Source: Alphaproteobacteria bacterium (lineage in GTDB: Bacteria; Pseudomonadota; Alphaproteobacteria; CAAHEQ01; UBA3637). From it: a stretch of 64,000 nt of DNA. Positions 9,946-19,806 of this stretch are shown here, in pieces. Every line of letters begins with the position of its first letter. Position 1 is the stretch's first letter. Below the pieces are notes generated by a model. The model did no database searches. It worked only from the letters and a program-made list of their open reading frames with translations, and was not told where the DNA came from. Position numbers and translations under genes: made by a program. The stretch covers positions 75,740 to 139,739 of the forward strand of contig JAZQUH010000039.1 in NCBI GenBank assembly GCA_045631185.1, written 5' to 3'.

Positions 9946-11075
9946 TATTCTGCCTTGGTTTCAATGGGTTGAATCGTTTGTCCGTTGCGTAATTTTTGTC
10001 CGCCGGATACAACAATTTTATCTTGGGCGGTTAAACGATCTTCAATAACAATTTGACCGTCAATGTTTTCGCCTTTTGTTACATATTGTTGAATAACGGT
10101 ATTATCGCCGTTTAATTTCATAACATAACTGCCCGAAGCATCATTATACAGGGCGGTTTGCGGAACCATGACAACGGTTTTGGGTTGTGTATTTTGCCAT
10201 AATACATTCAAATGATCGTTTGGAATCAATAATTCATCTATGTTTTCATATTCGGCATACAAATTGACGGTGGCCGTTTGAACATCCATTTCATTATCCC
10301 AATAAACTTTATCCACCGGTAAAGGCAAAACGGATTTATCGGCTAATTCCAATTTCATTTGTGGAATTTCAGCTTGACCGTCTTTTTGCAACATTTTCTT
10401 CATTTGTAAATGTTCTTTATCGGTAATTGAAAAACTGATTTTGACCGGCGTTGTTTGCACGATACGTGCCAAAGCACCATTGGCGGCATTGACATAGTTT
10501 CCTTTTGTAATCAAAGCCTGACCGATACGGCCGGAAATGGGTGATTTAACCTCGGTGTGTTTCAAATCAATTTCGGCTAAACTCAAATTGGCTTGGGCTT
10601 GTTTAACGGCGGCCTGAGCCTGAGCTAAACGGCTTTCGGATTTTTCCAAATCAGCGGTTGAAACAAACTTGTCTTTATACAGTTGATTTTGGCGGTTGTA
10701 ATCACTTTTTAATTGTTTGACATCGGCTTCGGCCTTGGCTAAGGCAGCCTTAGCAACGGCTAAATTTGCCTGATATTTATCGGGATCAATTAAAAACAAA
10801 ACATCACCTTCATTGACGAATTGTCCGTCTGTGAATAAAACTTCTTTGATTTCACCGGCTACTTGCGGACGAATATCCACGGCATTTAATGGTTTGACCA
10901 AAGCGATGAAGCGTGTTTGATCTTGAATATCTTTCAATTCAGGCATTCCGACAGGAACATATGGGGTAGCACCCATTTGCATCGGCATACCTGATTTTAT
11001 TTGCTTTGTTCCCAAATAATAGGCACCACCCAAACCGCAAGCAATCAACGTACAAATCAATAAAGTTTTTTTCAT
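9945..11075 (-). CDS. RND periplasmic adaptor (MFP, AcrA/HlyD family)
   Basis: Start moved to MKKTLLICTLIAC (lipobox-like) with GGAGGAG RBS; coiled-coil hairpin AKAALAKAEADVKQLKSDYNRQNQLY; TAATG overlap with pump gene. Confidence 0.85.
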   Translation of the reverse strand: MKKTLLICTLIACGLGGAYYLGTKQIKSGMPMQMGATPYVPVGMPELKDIQDQTRFIALVKPLNAVDIRPQVAGEIKEVLFTDGQFVNEGDVLFLIDPDKYQANLAVAKAALAKAEADVKQLKSDYNRQNQLYKDKFVSTADLEKSESRLAQAQAAVKQAQANLSLAEIDLKHTEVKSPISGRIGQALITKGNYVNAANGALARIVQTTPVKISFSITDKEHLQMKKMLQKDGQAEIPQMKLELADKSVLPLPVDKVYWDNEMDVQTATVNLYAEYENIDELLIPNDHLNVLWQNTQPKTVVMVPQTALYNDASGSYVMKLNGDNTVIQQYVTKGENIDGQIVIEDRLTAQDKIVVSGGQKLRNGQTIQPIETKAE

Positions 11076-11136
11076 AATAACTCCTCCTTGTTTGAGGGGT
11101 AGATTAGAACATTTTGAAAATAAAATCAAGAATTTT

Positions 11137-11164
11137 TTGATTTTTTGAGGCTCAAAAAAATCAA
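11137..11164. promoter_or_regulatory. Imperfect 13-bp-arm palindrome upstream of efflux operon promoter (candidate operator)
   Basis: TTGATTTTTTGAG g CTCAAAAAAATCAA just upstream of minus-strand TTGATT-17-TAATCT. Confidence 0.35.
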
Positions 11165-11200
11165 ATTTAACAAAAATGTAATATTTTGTAATTTTTTTTA

Positions 11201-12634
11201 TTAAAAGGGTTTTGCCGATGGGACAGGCGGTATTTTTCCGGCCAAATGTTGTTTGAAATCCGGATGAATGGTTTCGGCCCAAAATTGGAATTGTTCCAAC
11301 TCAAAATCTTTTAATTGTCTGTCGGATGTTTTGTTGTTGTTAAATGGATTTACAACCTTTTTATTTTTGATAACTTCAAAGTGCAGGTGTGGTCCTGTGG
11401 AACGTCCTGTTGAACCGACATAGCCGATAACTTCACCCCGTTTGACCTTTGATTTAACCTTTAAATCAGCCCGATAACCGTTTAAGTGGGCATAGGCCGT
11501 TTGATAACCGTCGGCATGGCGAATGCTGATGTATTTACCATATGAACCTTTTCGGCCGATGGAAGTGATAACACCATCTGCGGCCGCCTGAACGGGTGTG
11601 TTTTTTGGGGCAGCTAAATCAACACCTTTATGGAAAATTTCGTATTTTAAAATGGGATGCTTGCGTTTGCCATAGGCTGATGACAAACGGGCTTTGGCCT
11701 TTAACGGACGTTTTAACAACATTTTACCACTGCTTTTACCACGGGCATCATAAAAGGCTGTTGTGCCGTCTTTGGCGGTATAGGCATAACGATTGACTTG
11801 TAAAGCGGAACCTTTTAAACCGATGAATAATAATTGTTTGGCGCCGATTTCCAAACCGCCTTCGGTTTGTTTGTATTCGGCAATAATGTCAAATAAAGTG
11901 CCTTTTTGAATATCGGATGAAAAATCCACTTCACCATCCAAGGCATTGATAACCTGATTGACGATGGCTTCGGGGACGTCTTGATTTTGGGCGGCTTTTG
12001 AAAAGTTTGTTTCCACGGTTCCTTGCCAACGGATTGTTTTTGTTTCCACGCGTCCTGTGTGTGAAAAGGGTGTCCAAGAACCGTCGGCTTCACGCAAAAC
12101 AGCCAAGGTTTCGCCATCACCGTTCATTAAAGACACGCCGACAACATCGGGCCCCTCTTTAAAGAACATAAATTGCATACCAGGGCGCAAAGTTCTTAAA
12201 TTGATAAGCAATTCCAATGCATCCACGATCTGAACCCTTTCTGAAGTGGGAACATCTTCACGGCTGAGCAAGGTTAAAACACTTTCGCCTTTATCCAGTT
12301 GGGTCATTTTTATTTTCAATTCACCCAATTGTACCCGTTGTTCTAATTCGTTTAAAGAAACATGTTCTTCTTTAACGACGGGTGCATCGCCTAAATCTTC
12401 ATGAACCACTTCTTCGGGCAGGGGGGCTTGTTCTAATTGTTTTTCTATTTCAGGTGTCGTTTCCGTTTTTTGTACCTGAGGTACAGAACAACGCATTAAA
12501 AAAGGAAAACTTCCCGCACAAATAGCAAACATCAACAACAATGCGATGCTTGATTGGCGTTTTTTTAAATGTTCCTTCAATCGTGCCAAGCGTATCCGAT
12601 TGGATGTTTTTTGAAATGTGTTTTTTAAGTTCAT
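11201..12634 (-). CDS. M23 family peptidoglycan DD-metalloendopeptidase with N-terminal anchor
   Basis: HKGVDLAAP, YAHLNGY, GSTGRSTGPHLHFEV motifs; N-terminal TM. Confidence 0.85.
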   Translation of the reverse strand: MNLKNTFQKTSNRIRLARLKEHLKKRQSSIALLLMFAICAGSFPFLMRCSVPQVQKTETTPEIEKQLEQAPLPEEVVHEDLGDAPVVKEEHVSLNELEQRVQLGELKIKMTQLDKGESVLTLLSREDVPTSERVQIVDALELLINLRTLRPGMQFMFFKEGPDVVGVSLMNGDGETLAVLREADGSWTPFSHTGRVETKTIRWQGTVETNFSKAAQNQDVPEAIVNQVINALDGEVDFSSDIQKGTLFDIIAEYKQTEGGLEIGAKQLLFIGLKGSALQVNRYAYTAKDGTTAFYDARGKSSGKMLLKRPLKAKARLSSAYGKRKHPILKYEIFHKGVDLAAPKNTPVQAAADGVITSIGRKGSYGKYISIRHADGYQTAYAHLNGYRADLKVKSKVKRGEVIGYVGSTGRSTGPHLHFEVIKNKKVVNPFNNNKTSDRQLKDFELEQFQFWAETIHPDFKQHLAGKIPPVPSAKPF

Positions 12635-12665
12635 AGGATTATCATAAAAAAATATTTTTATAATG

Positions 12666-13616
12666 TCAAATAATTTTTTTAATCAGACTCTCAATAATAT
12701 GAATAGTGTTTAATGTCAAACCGGTTTGAATATCATCACCGACTACCCAAAAACTTAAATTGTTTTCTTGATATTTTATATCCATTACAAAGACTTTTGT
12801 TTCGCTTAAAGTGGCGGCAGCGGATAAAATAAAAGGCCCGTCGTTTAAATCCATAAGATGAACAAAAGGATTGCTTTTCCATAAGTTTTTGGGTTGTTTT
12901 ATTTTTTGTTTTAAGGTGCACGAAATAAACAAACAAAAGCCTCGAAATACAGGCACAAAACAATGGCGAAAATCACAATTTATGTTCAAAATCTGTTTTA
13001 ATTGTTGGGGGCATGCTTTGGCCTTTTCTGATGGTATTTGTGGTATCAGGTTAAAAGCCAATGGCGGTTGATTGTGTTGGATTAAAACGGGGATTTGTGT
13101 ATAGACACTGCGTGTTTGTTCACGTAATTTTTTTGCTTCATCGGCACATAAAAATGATGTACCGATCAGGGCGATAGCCCGTGTTTTAACGGGTTCGTAT
13201 TTCACTAAATCGGATAAAACACGGCTTAAAACAACCGTCATGGATGTGGGGGAACACAATATGCGGTTTTTAATTTTTTTTATTTTAGTTTCATTGAACA
13301 TAGGAATAATCGGTTCGGATTTTGAAAATAATCCGGTGCAATCAATGGCCCAACTGTTTTTGGGCAAAGTTTTTTTTGGGTAAATGTTTAAAACTTCTTT
13401 ATCGCAAATCAACACGATAAAAGGTGCTTTCCAATCAAAAGCATCAAAGGGTATGATGTGTTTTTCTTCGCCTTGATAAAGTTGTTTTTCGTTGACTTTT
13501 TTCGGGTCCAATAAAAAAATTTGTTCTGTCGGATAATTATGAATGGCCAATTGTTCCAAAATTGCCTGACCGATAGGTGTTTGAAAGCCCAAGATAATGA
13601 TTTTCAACGTTTTCAT
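12666..13616 (-). CDS. Aspartate-semialdehyde dehydrogenase-like (Asd/USG-1 family) protein, probably catalytically degenerate
   Basis: Rossmann N-terminus KIIILGFQTPIGQ; CSPTS where Asd has NCST; VPVFRGFCLF where Asd has VPV..GHS. Confidence 0.5.
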   Translation of the reverse strand: MKTLKIIILGFQTPIGQAILEQLAIHNYPTEQIFLLDPKKVNEKQLYQGEEKHIIPFDAFDWKAPFIVLICDKEVLNIYPKKTLPKNSWAIDCTGLFSKSEPIIPMFNETKIKKIKNRILCSPTSMTVVLSRVLSDLVKYEPVKTRAIALIGTSFLCADEAKKLREQTRSVYTQIPVLIQHNQPPLAFNLIPQIPSEKAKACPQQLKQILNINCDFRHCFVPVFRGFCLFISCTLKQKIKQPKNLWKSNPFVHLMDLNDGPFILSAAATLSETKVFVMDIKYQENNLSFWVVGDDIQTGLTLNTIHIIESLIKKII

Positions 13617-13695
13617 TTGCCCTCTTTTTTATATTTAGATGGCCAATATAATCATAAAAAAACAACTGTTCTTTGTGGTGTAATTGATAATTGAC

Positions 13696-13724
13696 TTGCA
13701 TTAAATGTCAATTTAGGGCATAAT
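13696..13724 (+). promoter_or_regulatory. Promoter of lpxC
   Basis: TTGCAT - 17 nt - CATAAT, then AAGGAG RBS. Confidence 0.5.
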
Positions 13725-13745
13725 ACCCAAAAAAGGAGTTTTAAA

Positions 13746-14657
13746 ATGACCGAACAAAATCAAAATTATATTTACCCCGAAAAGACATTAAAAAATGCAA
13801 TCCCCTGTGTGGGCGTGTGTTTGCATTGCGGATTACCCGTTCATATGAATCTGATTCCGGCCCCAAAAGGAACAGGCATTCAGTTTGTCCGTACGGATAT
13901 TACCGATAAAAACAATGTGGTGCCGGCCACTTATTTGAATGTGGCGGATGCCCGTTTATGTACCAGCATTGCCAATAAATCAGGCGTTTCGGTTTCAATG
14001 ATTGAACATTTAATGGGGGCGTTGCACGCCTTTGGAATTACCAATTTACGCATTGAATTGGATGCACCTGAGGTGGCCTTGATGGATGGTTCGGCCCAAG
14101 ACTACATTACTTTGATTGAATGTGCCGGTGTGGTGGCTCAGGACGCCCCGCAAAAGGCATTGCGTGTGTTAAAAAAAGTATCGGTCCAAGACGGTGATGT
14201 TCAGGTATCCTTATCTCCCAATAAAGACGGCTTGGTTTTGGACACAATGATTGATTTTCCGCAAAGCAATGTGATTGGACATCAGGAATATCATTTGAAT
14301 TTAACGTTGGATAATTTTAAAGAATTGGTGGGCCGTGCCCGTACCTTTGGTTTTGTGTCCGAAGTGGAACAATTGCGTGCGATGGGTTTGGCCAAAGGGG
14401 CCAGCTTGGATAATGTGATTGCGGTTGAAAAAGATGGCGTGATGAACACGGGTGGTTTGCGTGATGCCAAAGAATTTATTGCCCATAAAACATTGGATGC
14501 GGTGGGTGATTTGTATCAGGTCGGTATGCCTGTTTTGGGACACTTTAAGGGTGAAAAATTCGGCCACCGTCATGTCAATCAATTATGGCGTCAATTGATG
14601 GCCGATCATGAAGCCTATGAAATTGTCCTGTTGGATGATGTTTTAAATAAAGGCTAA
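13746..14657 (+). CDS. lpxC: UDP-3-O-acyl-N-acetylglucosamine deacetylase
   Basis: GTGIQFVRTD, EHLMGALHAFGITN, FGFVSEVEQLRAMGLAKGASLDN, HKTLDAVGDL, GHRHVN motifs. Confidence 0.9.
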   Translation: MTEQNQNYIYPEKTLKNAIPCVGVCLHCGLPVHMNLIPAPKGTGIQFVRTDITDKNNVVPATYLNVADARLCTSIANKSGVSVSMIEHLMGALHAFGITNLRIELDAPEVALMDGSAQDYITLIECAGVVAQDAPQKALRVLKKVSVQDGDVQVSLSPNKDGLVLDTMIDFPQSNVIGHQEYHLNLTLDNFKELVGRARTFGFVSEVEQLRAMGLAKGASLDNVIAVEKDGVMNTGGLRDAKEFIAHKTLDAVGDLYQVGMPVLGHFKGEKFGHRHVNQLWRQLMADHEAYEIVLLDDVLNKG

Positions 14658-15388
14658 TCTTTACACTGGATAAAATAATCCAATGCCACTTGGGCACAGG
14701 TCAGTCCAAAGATACCCGTAATCGTGGGTAATGATCCCATTTGATGACGCACACGTCCTTTTTCCGGTACAGATTCGGGCATAGCCAGTTTACTTTTGTC
14801 TTTGGTCAGTTCCGGTGAATAGACAACCTTGAAATCCAAAGGCACGCCACGGCGTCTGAGATATTTTCGGATAAATCCGGCCAAAGGATCATTGCGGGTG
14901 TTTTTCATTTTTTCCACCTGAATCAGATTTGCTTTTGTTTTTAATGCCGCCCCCATACACGAAACAAAGGGAATATTGTTTTTAACCAAGGTTTCTATCA
15001 AACATACTTTCGGATTTAAACTGTCAATGGCATCCACCACAAAATCGGGTTTTATTTCGATGATTTTCGAAACGGTTTCCTGATTGATTAAAATGTCCAA
15101 AGTATCCACCCGAATATCGTTTGAAATATCGGCAATTCTTTGGCGTGCCACGTCCACTTTTTTTTGACCGATAGTGGAATTTAAGGCCAATAATTGTCGG
15201 TTGATATTGGTGATGCTGATGGTGTCAAAATCAATCAAAGTCAAATGTTTGATACCGGCACGGGCCAATGATTCCAAAACATATCCGCCGACCGCCCCGC
15301 AACCCACGATACACACATGGCTTTTTTCCAATTTTTTTAAGGCCGATTCGCCCACCATTAAACGCATTCGGGATAATCTATCTTCCAT
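14654..15388 (-). CDS. tcdA: ThiF/MoeB-family E1-like enzyme, tRNA threonylcarbamoyladenosine dehydratase-like
   Basis: VCIVGCGAVGG nucleotide loop, IKHLTLIDFDTISITNINRQ. Confidence 0.7.
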   Translation of the reverse strand: MEDRLSRMRLMVGESALKKLEKSHVCIVGCGAVGGYVLESLARAGIKHLTLIDFDTISITNINRQLLALNSTIGQKKVDVARQRIADISNDIRVDTLDILINQETVSKIIEIKPDFVVDAIDSLNPKVCLIETLVKNNIPFVSCMGAALKTKANLIQVEKMKNTRNDPLAGFIRKYLRRRGVPLDFKVVYSPELTKDKSKLAMPESVPEKGRVRHQMGSLPTITGIFGLTCAQVALDYFIQCKD

Positions 15389-16034
15389 TTAAAAAGTCCT
15401 TAAAATTTTGATTTATCTGTTCTGAATCAATACCCAGTTGCATATATAAAAAGGGCAAATTTGCCGGACTGGGTAATCCATCGGGGGCATCACTTTCAAT
15501 CAATAATTTATCCGCCGGAATCAATGGGATTTTTGTGGCGTGTGAAACCGAAAAATAGGCGTTAAATTTTTCCAAAAAACGAATAACATTTTTATCGCCC
15601 GAAAAACCGTGAAATAAATAAGTCAGATTCGGATAGTTTTTAATAATGGCTAATACTTCCTGCCATGCTCGGACACAATGAATGTGAACAGGTCTGTTCA
15701 ATCGTTGTGCTAATTTCAGCTGTTCTTCAAAAATTTCTTCTTGCTTATAAAAATCTTTTTTGCATTTATCCAAACCGATTTCACCGATATGACAGTTGGG
15801 ATTTTGAATCAATAAATTTTCCAACTCCTGAATGGCATTTTCATTTAAATCACCCACATACCACGGATGAATCCCAATAGCATGGATAACATTTTTAAGT
15901 GCCAATACTTTTTCCCAATCGTTGGGATTCGTTGCATTGCATATGATGTTTTCTATCCCTGTTGTACGGGCCAGTTGAATTTCGTTTTCATCCAACAAAT
16001 GACAATGTGCATCAATATAATTCACTACAACCAT
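15378..16034 (-). CDS. TatD-family metal-dependent hydrolase (short form)
   Basis: IDAHCHL metal motif, HCVRAW, ESDAP. Confidence 0.7.
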   Translation of the reverse strand: MVVVNYIDAHCHLLDENEIQLARTTGIENIICNATNPNDWEKVLALKNVIHAIGIHPWYVGDLNENAIQELENLLIQNPNCHIGEIGLDKCKKDFYKQEEIFEEQLKLAQRLNRPVHIHCVRAWQEVLAIIKNYPNLTYLFHGFSGDKNVIRFLEKFNAYFSVSHATKIPLIPADKLLIESDAPDGLPSPANLPFLYMQLGIDSEQINQNFKDFLNGR

Positions 16035-17122
16035 CCATCATCCTTTTGAGGTGGTAATTCAGGTTCTGTTGGGTCTGGTTTTTCTATTGTCGGATTGAAG
16101 GTTTTATGGACATGAAAAGCGCCCTGTACAAGAAGATGTATATATCCTGTTGGTAAAGCAATTGAGGTTAAAACAAACATTAAACAAAAAATGAAAAAGA
16201 AGAAAAATAAATATAATAAAGCAGAAGTTGGAATTGAAATCATTTCTGTTGGTATTCCCATTTGTTTTATTAAACACCATCCTAATCCTAAAATAAGTAA
16301 ATATAATAAAGAAAACAGTACTGTCATTAATTTACCTGCTGATGTTTTTATGCAAATAACTGCCACTGGTCCTCCAATAAAAAGGATAAATAGCCAAAGA
16401 GCTGTAGAACTTTGTCTTCCTAAAATACAATTTGCAAAGGACATAACAAAGTCATGTGCCGAAAAAGTTTTTAAAACTATATATAATCCCAAAATAGGAA
16501 GAAATGTAATAATTAGAAATAAAATTCCCCAAATAACGACTTGAAGGAATATAAGAGGTCTTTTTATACATTGAATAATTTTAAAGAAAAATCGATTAAA
16601 ATTGAAATTCATGATATAGCTCATATACAACATCGATATAATATAACCCTGAATTAAAATAAAGCTGATTATTGGTAAGATGAGGTTCAAAAAAATAATG
16701 GTTCCTTGCGAGTGTGGATTGGCTATAATTTTCGGTGCCACAAAGTTGAAAACGTATGATTGAATATAGGGGCGTAATAAAAATCCGAGGATTATTATCA
16801 AAGCCTGGAAAAGGAAAAAAGTGACAAATATTCGAGTGAAAAATTCAGAAGAAAACCTATTGGGTAAATTATATACATCAGATTTTGCTTGTATGGATAA
16901 ATATGAAAATAAAAAAGTATATAGAAGAGTTTGTAAAATAAGGATAATTGTGGATATTTTTGTGAAAAGAGATAATGTTGGTTTTACGTTTTGTTCTGTC
17001 ATAAAAATAGAAAATTCTATAAGGCCAAAACAGCCCAGAATCAGGAAAAAAAGTAAAGCAGAACCTAAAATAATAGTGCGTTTGCAAAAAGAAAATGAAA
17101 GTGTTTGAGAGATAGATAGCAT
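16025..17122 (-). CDS. Polytopic inner-membrane protein, unknown function
   Basis: About 8 hydrophobic segments; first gene of minus-strand operon with tatD/tcdA; ATG with AAAGGAAC RBS. Confidence 0.6.
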   Translation of the reverse strand: MLSISQTLSFSFCKRTIILGSALLFFLILGCFGLIEFSIFMTEQNVKPTLSLFTKISTIILILQTLLYTFLFSYLSIQAKSDVYNLPNRFSSEFFTRIFVTFFLFQALIIILGFLLRPYIQSYVFNFVAPKIIANPHSQGTIIFLNLILPIISFILIQGYIISMLYMSYIMNFNFNRFFFKIIQCIKRPLIFLQVVIWGILFLIITFLPILGLYIVLKTFSAHDFVMSFANCILGRQSSTALWLFILFIGGPVAVICIKTSAGKLMTVLFSLLYLLILGLGWCLIKQMGIPTEMISIPTSALLYLFFFFFIFCLMFVLTSIALPTGYIHLLVQGAFHVHKTFNPTIEKPDPTEPELPPQKDDGWL

Positions 17123-17189
17123 GCTGTTCCTTTCGTAAATTTCTTTTATTTTAATAATAATTGTTGTAATAAGTCAAGAAAAATCTTTC

Positions 17190-17218
17190 TTGCAAAAAGT
17201 ATGAAAATAGTGTAGTCT
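17190..17218 (+). promoter_or_regulatory. Promoter fused to uvrD ATG (leaderless design)
   Basis: TTGCAA - 17 nt - TAGTCT, 7 nt, ATG 17226; no Shine-Dalgarno. Confidence 0.5.
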
Positions 17219-17225
17219 GCCCCAC

Positions 17226-19355
17226 ATGAATAACGAACCTGAATTTTTATCTGAACTCAATCCCGAACAATTTCAAGCGGTTACTACAACCGAAGGACCT
17301 TTGTTGGTTTTATCGGGGGCCGGTACAGGTAAAACACGTGTTTTAACCACACGGATTGCCTATATTTTGGCACAACGTTTGGCACTACCTTGGCAGATTT
17401 TGGCAGTCACCTTTACCAACAAAGCGGCCAAAGAAATGGGTGGTCGTTTGGAACAAATGGTGGGATCAGCTTCCTTTGGTGTTTGGTTGGGGACTTTTCA
17501 CCGCATCGGTATTAAAATTTTACGCCGTTATGGTGGTTATGTTGGTTTGCAACAAAACTTTGCCGTTTTGGATTCGGATGATCAAGAAAGATTGTTGAAA
17601 AACTTGATGCAACAATATGGTGTGGATACCAAAAAATATCCGCCCAAAATGATGATGGATATTATTCAACGTTGGAAAGACCGTGGTCTGTCCCCCGATA
17701 AAGTAACCCATGCCGAATCCTGTGATTTTTGTGAAGGCAGAAGTTTGGATTTTTATAAACTTTATCAGCGTAAACTCACCGAAATGAATTCGGTTGATTT
17801 TGGTGATTTGTTGATGTTGCCGTTAAAGTTATTTCAGGAAAACGCCAATGTCTTGGCCGAATATCAGGAACAGTTTCATTATATCTTGGTGGATGAATAT
17901 CAGGATACCAACGTGGTTCAATATATGCTGTTAAGATTATTGGCCAAAAAGCATAATAACATTTGTTGTGTGGGGGATGATGATCAATCCATTTATTCGT
18001 GGCGTGGGGCAGATGTGGATAACATTTTAAATTTTGGTAAGATTTTCCCCAACGCCAAGGTGATTCGCTTGGAAAGAAACTATCGTTCAACCGCGCATAT
18101 TTTAGGGGCGGCTTCGGGTTTAATTGCCAATAATACAGGTCGTATGGGCAAAACCTTGCGTGTGGCGGATGAACAAAAAAACATGGGTAATCTGGTTTCT
18201 GTGCAAGGTTATTGGAACGGTTTACAGGAAGCCGAAAAAGTGATTGAACAGATAGAACACGATTTGCGAATGGGTACATCACTTTCCCAAATCGCCATTT
18301 TGGTGCGGGCCGGATTTCAAACCCGTGAATTTGAAGATAAATTGATTCAATCAGGAATTCCTTATAAAATTATCGGCGGATTTAAATTCTATGAACGTGA
18401 AGAAATTCGTGATGCAGTGGCCTATTTAAGATTGGTTTTAAACCCAAATGATGATTTGGCTTTTGTCCGTATTGTCAATAAACCCCGCCGTGGTATTGGT
18501 GATGTGGTGATGCAAGCGTTGCGTCAAACGGCTCAGGATAATCATCTCAGTTTATTTGATGCCATTGATTGGGCGGATTTAAAAACAGCCCCCAGAAAAT
18601 CATTACAAACCTTTAAGTCTTTGGTTCAATCGTGGCAAGAACACAGCAAAAATTTATCCCCCGTTGATTTAATCAAGGAAATTATGGATCAATCGGGCTA
18701 TGTGATGATGTGGCGTTTGGATAAATCGCCCGAAGCCCCCGGTCGTGTTGAAAACATTCACGAACTTTATAACGTTTTGGGTGATTTTGAAAGCATTGAA
18801 CAATTTATTGAATATGCCAGTTTATTGACCGAAAATGACGAAATGGCGACCAATGAACAATTGGTGGTAATGACTTTACACGCCAGCAAAGGTTTGGAAT
18901 TTGATACCGTCTTTTTAACCGGATGGGAAGAAGGCTTGTTTCCCCATCAACGTGCCATGGATGAAGCGGGTGATTTGGGATTGGAAGAAGAACGTCGTTT
19001 GGCCTATGTCGGTATTACACGTGCCCGAAAATCGGCACACATTTCTTATGCCAGCAATCGTCGTATTTATGGTCAATGGCAAAATTCATTACCCAGCCGT
19101 TTTATAAAAGAATTACCCGAAGAACATATTGATATGCGTGGGAATAACCGTATGGGTTATGGGGCATCATTTGCGGATGTGCGCATGCCGTGGGCCCATG
19201 AAAAAGTTCAACCCAAATCCCGCAAAGGCCGTCAGGTTATGCACGAAACTTTTGGTAAAGGTGTTGTGCTTCGTGAACACGGGGAAATGTTGGAGGTTGC
19301 CTTTGAGCGTGGCGGTATCCGAAAAATTATAGCACGCTTTTTAACGGAAATTTAA
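17226..19355 (+). CDS. uvrD: UvrD/PcrA/Rep-family SF1 DNA helicase
   Basis: GAGTGKT Walker A, VDEYQDTN, TLHASKGLEF, YVGITRA motifs. Confidence 0.9.
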   Translation: MNNEPEFLSELNPEQFQAVTTTEGPLLVLSGAGTGKTRVLTTRIAYILAQRLALPWQILAVTFTNKAAKEMGGRLEQMVGSASFGVWLGTFHRIGIKILRRYGGYVGLQQNFAVLDSDDQERLLKNLMQQYGVDTKKYPPKMMMDIIQRWKDRGLSPDKVTHAESCDFCEGRSLDFYKLYQRKLTEMNSVDFGDLLMLPLKLFQENANVLAEYQEQFHYILVDEYQDTNVVQYMLLRLLAKKHNNICCVGDDDQSIYSWRGADVDNILNFGKIFPNAKVIRLERNYRSTAHILGAASGLIANNTGRMGKTLRVADEQKNMGNLVSVQGYWNGLQEAEKVIEQIEHDLRMGTSLSQIAILVRAGFQTREFEDKLIQSGIPYKIIGGFKFYEREEIRDAVAYLRLVLNPNDDLAFVRIVNKPRRGIGDVVMQALRQTAQDNHLSLFDAIDWADLKTAPRKSLQTFKSLVQSWQEHSKNLSPVDLIKEIMDQSGYVMMWRLDKSPEAPGRVENIHELYNVLGDFESIEQFIEYASLLTENDEMATNEQLVVMTLHASKGLEFDTVFLTGWEEGLFPHQRAMDEAGDLGLEEERRLAYVGITRARKSAHISYASNRRIYGQWQNSLPSRFIKELPEEHIDMRGNNRMGYGASFADVRMPWAHEKVQPKSRKGRQVMHETFGKGVVLREHGEMLEVAFERGGIRKIIARFLTEI

Positions 19356-19570
19356 TCACGGCTTCTTTTGCGTCTGGGATCGGATGAATATGAACCTAAT
19401 GCTGAACCCAAACATGCACCGGCCAGTATGGCTACAGCTGTTGAAGAAAGAACATTTTCTTTTTTATCAATCGCTTCATTTGTCCGGTAAAGCGTATAAC
19501 ATTGGAATAAAGCACAACAAGCAATGGCTGTTCTTTTTAATCGTAAAATATTTTTGTCGCTGATTTTCAT
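19352..19570 (-). CDS. Small two-TM membrane protein (tandem paralog A)
   Basis: 72 aa; basic N- and C-termini, two hydrophobic/small-residue segments. Confidence 0.45.
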   Translation of the reverse strand: MKISDKNILRLKRTAIACCALFQCYTLYRTNEAIDKKENVLSSTAVAILAGACLGSALGSYSSDPRRKRSRD

Positions 19571-19585
19571 TTTATTTCCTTTTAT

Positions 19586-19804
19586 TTATTTTTGTTTGGC
19601 ATTTTCACGGGCTTTGACAATACTGCAGGCAACGCTTAAATTTCCTGCCCCCCATAAAGCCAAAGAAAACATCGGATTTTGACGTTTTTTGATTTGATAT
19701 CCGGTTAAAACCATACCCAAGGCCAATAAACCGAAACTGGCCGAAATCATGGCTTTGTCTTTTAATCTGAATTTATTTTTTGATGGTGTATTATTTTGCT
19801 TCAT
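19586..19804 (-). CDS. Small two-TM membrane protein (tandem paralog B)
   Basis: 72 aa; same layout as neighbour. Confidence 0.45.
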   Translation of the reverse strand: MKQNNTPSKNKFRLKDKAMISASFGLLALGMVLTGYQIKKRQNPMFSLALWGAGNLSVACSIVKARENAKQK

Positions 19805-19806
19805 GT

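Noticed and set aside
9945-11282. N-terminal extensions in the ORF track (9945..11282, 19807..20376, 44963..46738, 33663.., 40588, 57661, 60988, 58469, 59266, 59513, 747.., 1651..)
   Set aside because: The extensions cross promoters, terminators or neighbouring genes. Internal ATGs with good RBSs give canonical signal peptides or family N-termini, so I used the shorter coordinates.
11201-12634. The gene upstream of the efflux operon as its outer-membrane factor
   Set aside because: Its sequence is clearly that of an M23 peptidase (HxxxD / HLHFEV motifs), not a TolC-family channel.
16191-17108. Lys-rich ORFs (16191..16544, 16821..17108) antisense to the membrane-protein gene
   Set aside because: They are the mirror image of a Phe/Leu-rich TM gene in AT-rich DNA, and they have no initiation signals.
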